A DNA stretch of 64,000 bases, from assembly GCA_965240325.2 (NCBI GenBank), contig OZ251250.1, positions 930,001 through 994,000 on the forward strand, read 5' to 3'. The notes under the pieces are model-generated. The model saw nothing but the letters and a program-made list of their open reading frames with translations, was not told the DNA's origin and searched no databases. Of the stretch, positions 58,302 through 64,000 are shown one piece after another. The first letter of the stretch is position 1, and each line of letters opens with the position of its first letter. The stretch is from Rebecca billardiae RCC1528. Its lineage: Eukaryota > Protista > Haptophyta. The position numbers and the translations under genes are program-made.

Positions 58302-58567
58302 TATTGTTATTGTTATTATTGTTATTATTGTTATTATTGTTATTACTGTTATTATTGTTATTATTGTTATTATTGTTATTATTGTTATTATTGTTATTAT
58401 TGTTATTATTGTTATTATTGTTATTATTGTTATTATTGTTATTATTGTTATTATTGTTATTATTGTTATTATTGTTATTATTGTTATTATTGTTATTATT
58501 GTTATTATTGTTATTATTGTTATTGTTATTATTGTTATTATTGTTATTATTGTTATTATTGTTATTA

Positions 58568-58606
<39 letters not shown>
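58302..58606. repeat. (TTATTGTTA)n/(TTA)n microsatellite
   Basis: Directly visible; it generates the spurious poly-Leu ORF. Confidence 0.97.
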
Positions 58607-58607
<1 letters not shown>

Positions 58608-59951
58608 AAGCCGTTTCGATGCCTTTTCGCGACGACGACGACGAGTCTAGCGTCGTCAGTCTGTACTCAATAAGTACTCATTCTATGATTTAACGACACG
58701 CGCACAGCAGGTAGGACGACGCGGTTCTCCTTATTCCTGATTCGTCGGCGGCAGTGCCCGATCGTCGACACGAAGTCGGCGTTGGTGGCAGAGCATAGCC
58801 TGCACCGCGATCGTAAAGCTTGAGCGCGGCCTTGAGCTGCTGAAGCGCGATCCACCTGCGCTGCGCGGCTCGCATGGACCTGCTGTGCCCCGAGCAAGGG
58901 CGAAAGTGCAGGTCCGGATGTCAGCTGGCAGTCTCAGCCGCGGGTAGCAGCTGGTCGTACCTGCCCCGTGCTCCCCGGGCGGTCGCGTACGCGCTTGCTG
59001 CTCGAGCCAGCTGGCTGGCTGGCGGCGGCTGGCGCTGCGGCGTCGTCCAGGGTGCGCTTTGCCCGCTGCGGCGACGCCTCCTCGTCGTCCAAGTCATCGC
59101 CCGGGGGCGAGTCTCGGTCATCGTGGAGGGGGGCAGCAGGGGCTGGCGTGGGCGTTGCAGCGGTCGGCGCCAGGCGCGCCGCCTTGCGCGCCTGGCGTTC
59201 CTTGACGGCGCGGCTCGCCGAGGAGCGACGGCTCGATGGAGAACGAATCCGTCGGCCCTCGGCGTCGCGCCGTTGCCCGCGCTTCCCACGCCGGGGCTTC
59301 TTCTTCCGCTTCTGAGAGTGCTGCTGCTCGTCGTTTGCCTGCAGCACCTCAGCGTCCATGCCCTGCGGCGACGGGCGGGCGAACCGGCGGGGCTGGCTTG
59401 CGCGCTGCGTGCTGGGCGGTCGGCGGGGGAGCACGAGTAGGCGCGCCACGGCCTCCCTTGCGCCGCCGGCTGCCACCGGCGGGGGTTCCCTGTGGAGAAG
59501 CAAGGCCTGCATCCGTCACGGCCGTCGGCCACCGAGCCACAGTTCGCGTCAGACACGCGCCACCTGGCAGAGTGGCGGGCCCTGGCAGGGTGAGCTTCGC
59601 CATATGCTGCGTGAGAGCCCATCTTTGGCGGTGCGCTTCTCTATACGACTACGTCATACGCACGTCCGGCGGTCGTAGAGGCGCAGCACGCCGTCCGATA
59701 GCCCCTGCTCAGGCAAGGCGGTCGCGTCGAGCATGACTCGTGGGTGTCACGTGGCCATCGTCCGGAGTGAACTGACATCGGGGCCGGCCCACTGCGCTCA
59801 ATATGATTGGATGGAACGTTCTGCCGTCCTGACGGCGACGGCCGGGCGCGGCGCCGGCGCGGCGCGGCCCGGGCCCAGCCTGCGTCTCGGCCGGCTCGAG
59901 CCGACGAGCAGCACCCCGGTCCCCGCACGCCCCGCGCGCACGAGAGCCTGA

Positions 59952-60459
59952 TCACGCCACGCCGAGCACGCCCGCGGCCGCGCGGCGCGCCGTCGTGACC
60001 GCCGCAAACGCGGCGGCGGCCGCCGCGACGCCGGCACCGAGGAGCGCCGCGCCCTCCTTGGCCGACGCCCGGAACTCCCACAGCGTGGCGGAGAGGGTGC
60101 CCCAGTACGGCTCGCTCCAGTTGGGCAACGACGGGTCGACCACCTTCCACACGCCCGGGAGGGCTGCGCCCGGCGCGCGCGCGCGACCCGGCGCGGGCGC
60201 GCGGTGAGCGCCGTCGTGAGCGCGGCCGCGGCGGCGCGGCGTGGCGCTTGGCGCTTGGCGCTTGGCGCTTGGCGCTTGGCGCTTGGCGCTTGGCGCTTGG
60301 AGCTTGGCGCGCACCGTCATCGTCCGACTCTGCCGCCGGGTCGCGCGGCGCGATGCCCACGCTGAACGCGTCGTGCGTGTACACGGGCGCGCGCACGCAC
60401 GCGCCGCGCACGCACAGCGCGTCCGGCTGCGCCTTGGCGCAAACGGCGTCGGTCTCACA

Positions 60460-60510
<51 letters not shown>

Positions 60511-62759
60511 AGCGCCGCTCAGGGTGGCGGCGAGGAGGCGGCGCAGGAAGAGGGCGGTGGGCGCGATGGAGGGCGGGCTGCCCGGGCGCGAGACGTAGAG
60601 CCCGGTGTAGTGCGACGTGAGCACGCCTGCGCGCGCGCACGGCGCGGGCGCGGGGCGGGCGCAGCAGCAGCGGCGGCGGCGGGCAGGGCGCGTGGGCGGC
60701 GTGGCGGCGCGTGCGGCGGCGGCGCGGCGCGCAGCGCGCGGCCGCGCGCGCGCTGGCGCCGCGGCGTGCTGCGGCGCTGCGCACCCTTCACGCCGAGCTC
60801 CTTGGCGAGCGGGCAGCTCGAGCCGCGCCCCTCACCCTCCGCCGCGCCCGCCGCGCCCTGCGGCAGCAGGCAGCGCACCAGCGCCGCCACCAGGCCGCAG
60901 TCAACTGCCGACGAGCCGCCGCCGCCGCCAGCGCCGCCGCCCGCGCCGCCGCCCGCGCCGCCGCCCGCGCCGCCGCCCGCGCCACCGCCCGCGGACGCGG
61001 CGTGAACGGGCGGGCGGAGCGCGGCGGCGACGTCCTCGGGGCGTGCGCCCGCGAGCAGCAGCGCCGCGCGCGCCGCCGTGTCCGACGCGTTGCACAGGCA
61101 CTCCACGCACAGCCCGCTCTCGTCGTCCGCGTACGCCCCGAGCGCGCCGTTCGCCTCCGCCACGTCGCCCTCGTACTCGGCGAGGGCGAGGGCGGCGCCC
61201 TGGAGGGGAGGCGCGGCGGCGAGGGCGGCGGCGGAGGTTGCCTCGGAGGCGAAGGCGAGCGCGGGCGAGGAGGGCGGCAGGCCGACCACCGACGACGGCG
61301 CGAGCTTCAGCCCGTGCACCGTCGCGCCCGCGCGCGCCATCGCCTCCGCACTCAGCGCCGCGAGCGCGGCGGCCGCGTGCGCGCGCGTCGCGCCGGGCGC
61401 GCTCGGCGCCCAGCGGTGCGCGTGCAGGTAGGGTGTGTGCTGCCCGCGCGCCGCGCCGAGCGTCTCGAGCCCGAGCACCGCGCGGAACGGCCGCGCCTCC
61501 TCCGAGCCCTCCTCCCCGCCGCCGCGCTGCCTCAGCACCGACTCGAAGGCGCCGGAGGAGCGGCGCGGCGCGGCGCACGGCGGCCGCCACCCGCCGCCCG
61601 GCGCGGCGCCGCCGCCTCCGGCACCGCGCGCGTCGCCCTCCGCCGGCGGCGCGGGGCGCTGTGCGCAGCGGAAGGTGGTCATGTCGCGCGCGAGGCGCGT
61701 CGAGCCGAGCTGCCCGTACGCCTCGCCGTGGAACAGCGCGAACGCCAGCTGCGAGTGCACGCCGCCGCCGCCGCCGCCGCCGGCCGCCGCGTCCGCCGCC
61801 GGCCGCAGCACCGCCTGGGCCGCCGGCTGGGCGAGTGCAGCGACGGCGCCGACGAGCGCGATCGCGCCCGAGACGGCGGCCAGCGCGCCCGGCGCCGCGC
61901 CCTCGTGGAAGAAGGACGCGGCGTCGAGCGGCGCGGCGAGCAGCACCAGCGGCGCCGCCGGGCGCGCGCGGCCCGCGCCGCCGCCCGCGCCGCCGCCGCC
62001 GCCCGCGCCGGCGGCGGCATCGGCGGGCTCGGAGGCGGCGGCCGAGGGCTCGGGCGGGAGCAGCCCCCAGACCGACTGGCCGCCGAGCGGCTCGCACGTG
62101 CCGGCGGGCAGGCACTCGGCGGCGGAGCCGCGCGCGCGCATCGCGTACCGCAGCTCGACGAGCGGCGCGTGCGCGAGCGGCACCGAGCCGGCGCGCGCGG
62201 GCGCGGCCGCGCCGCCGCGGCCGCGCCGCGCGGCCGCGGCCGCGAGCGCGCGCACGTGCGCCGTGTCTGCCGGGCTGAGCAGCACGATGGGGAAGCGGAA
62301 CTCGCGCTCGACGAGGGCGTCGCCCGACGGGTTCCACGCGTGCCCGCGCGCGTCCACCGCCGCCGACGCGTGCGAGCTCACGAACGGCCGCTGCTCGGCG
62401 GAGGCGCCCTCCGGCGGCGCGTCGCGCGCTACCAGCACCGCCGCCAGCCGCTCGGCGAGCGCGGCGCTGAGCTTGTCGAGGGTGCTGGCGGAGAAGGCGC
62501 GCGCGGGGAGGAGGAGTGCGCGCGGCTCGCCCCACCCGTGCGCCGCGCGCGCCAGCGCCGCCAGCTCGCCGTCCGCCAGCTCGGCGCCGACGTCGGCTGC
62601 GAGCACGTGCAGCGGCGCGCGCACGCCGCCGTGCGGCGTGGCGCAGCCGACCTGCGCGGTGGAGTTGAGCAGGCGGACGCACGGCGTGGCGTCGAGCACG
62701 CGCGACGGTGCCGCGCCGAGCGCCGCGCCCAGCAGCGCGAGCCCGAGCGCGCCCGCCAT
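59952..62759 (-). CDS. NCSTN: Nicastrin (gamma-secretase subunit), 3 exons
   Basis: Signal peptide; PCVRLLNSTAQVGC, WNPSGDAL..FRFPIVLL, CEPLGGQSVW, LDAASFFHEGAAPGA, FHGEAYGQLGSTR, GLPPSS, WSEPYW, C-terminal TM. GT-AG introns 60627-60784 and 60164-60314. Confidence 0.92.
60243..60309. repeat. 7-bp (GGCGCTT)n tandem repeat in a nicastrin intron
   Basis: About 9 tandem copies visible. Confidence 0.9.
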
Positions 62760-63069
62760 CGCGAGGTGCCGCGCGCGGGGCGGCCGAGCGGGGCAGCGAG
62801 CGAGGGGGGCGGCGGCCCTCGTCGCGCGCGCTGATTTGGGCCCGCGCCGCCATTTTCAATTTTCAAAGGGTCAAATAAACTCATCGTCATCAATAAAGAA
62901 TCATTTTGATGACGACCATGATTTTCTCGCGCGCGCTGCCGTCATGCCGTGCTCGGTGAGCCTGCGCGCCGCGGCCCTCGAGCCTGCCTCGACGGCTCAA
63001 GCTACATGCAGCGTGAGCGGCGGCGCAGCTGCAACGCTCGCGCTCCGCCCGCACGCCCGAGCCAACCGC

Positions 63070-64000
63070 TCAGAGCGCCTTGTCGCGGTACGCGCCGCCG
63101 CCCACCACCGGCGAGCCCAGCCCGCCGCCCGCCGCCGCCGCGTACGCGCCGCCGCCCCCGTGGCCGTGCCTCTCGTTGGCGAGCGCGTGCACGCCCAGCA
63201 TGCCCATCGACAGCAGCGCGGAGGAGAGGAAGAGCGCGTCGAAGGCGCGGTGGTAGAAGGTGAAGTCGAGGCCCTCGCCCAGCGCCTGCGTGAGCAGCGC
63301 GCGGTACCGCGCCGGCAGCGCCATCCGCAGCAGCAGCGCCGACGCGATGAAGTACGCCCCCATCAACCAGGCCGTGCCCAGCGCCAACTGCTGCGCCCAC
63401 AGCGCGCCGCCGCCGCGCCCCGCAAACGCGCGCCGCAGCTGCTGCAGGAAGGAGCGCGTGGAGGAGACCATCAGCACCGTGACGAAGAGGAAGGAGAGCG
63501 CCTGCGACAGCCCGTCGTCCGCGCGCGCGCCCGCGCCCGCCGCGCCCGCCGAGCCACCGGCGGCGTCGGTGGCGCTCGGCTCGGCGCCGGCAGCGGCGGT
63601 GGCAGCCGCCGCGACGCCCGCCGCCGCCTCGGCCGCCGCCTCGAGCGCCGCCACCGCCGCCGCGCCGCCGCCCTGCACGGCTGCACTGCCCACGCCGCCG
63701 CCGCCGCCGGCGGCGGCGGCGGCGGCGGCGCCGCGGCCCAGCCCTCCCCCCAGCCTCCCCCTCAGCTCCGAGATGCGCGTCACCGCGTCCACGCCGGGCG
63801 CGCTCCGCCGCCACACGCCCAGCGCCGCGCGGCCCACGCGCACGGCGCACACCGCGGAGAATGCGTAGCTGAAGACCGCCATCGTGCGGCCGGCGGCGCT
63901 GTGCTGGAAGACGAGGCGCGCGGCCTCGGTGCGCACCTCGGCGAGGTCGGCGAACAGCGCGGCCGCCATCTCCGACAGCGTCGCGGCGTCCGCCTCCGCC
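63070..64000 (-). CDS. GPR89: GPR89/GPHR/GTG-like Golgi pH regulator, C-terminal part (5' end outside window)
   Basis: SQALSFLFVTVLMVSSTRSFL, LMGAYFIASALLLRMALPARYRALLTQALG, LDFTFYHRAFDALFLSSALLS match the GPR89/GTG C-terminus. Confidence 0.88.
   Translation of the reverse strand, partial: AEADAATLSEMAAALFADLAEVRTEAARLVFQHSAAGRTMAVFSYAFSAVCAVRVGRAALGVWRRSAPGVDAVTRISELRGRLGGGLGRGAAAAAAAGGGGGVGSAAVQGGGAAAVAALEAAAEAAAGVAAAATAAAGAEPSATDAAGGSAGAAGAGARADDGLSQALSFLFVTVLMVSSTRSFLQQLRRAFAGRGGGALWAQQLALGTAWLMGAYFIASALLLRMALPARYRALLTQALGEGLDFTFYHRAFDALFLSSALLSMGMLGVHALANERHGHGGGGAYAAAAGGGLGSPVVGGGAYRDKAL

Noticed and set aside
58304-58693. Poly-Leu ORF
   Set aside because: Translation of the TTA/TTG microsatellite.

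Overview
Very GC-rich eukaryotic nuclear DNA. It has GT-AG spliceosomal introns with GTGCGC-type donors and Ala/Gly/Pro low-complexity linkers. Composition and gene style suggest a haptophyte-like alga (inference). Gene blocks encode a tandem two-domain fucosyltransferase-like protein, a 6-exon kinesin-14, an ASH/Ig-like protein, an HTH+R2R3-Myb protein, a Cys-rich/Pro-rich surface protein, a small zinc-finger protein, a ketohexokinase-like PfkB kinase, a small GARP Myb-like ORF, a BPI/LBP-family protein, a frameshifted 2OG-Fe(II) oxygenase, nicastrin and a partial GPR89/GTG. They alternate with repeat-rich islands (about 0.5-6.9, 26.8-42, 46-48.5, 50-53.5 and 58.2-59.7 kb) holding two TA-flanked MITEs, two long foldback inverted repeats, two head-to-head Helitron2/Helentron-like copies, further TIR-bounded relics and micro/minisatellites. 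The most interesting item is a pair of outward-facing genes built from 38-aa EsV-1-7-type Cys/His repeats. Their scaffold is nearly invariant, variation concentrates at a few positions, and modules are reshuffled between the paralogs, so this is a candidate modular (TALE/zinc-finger-array-like) recognition system. All family calls come from motif recognition by eye; no searches were run.
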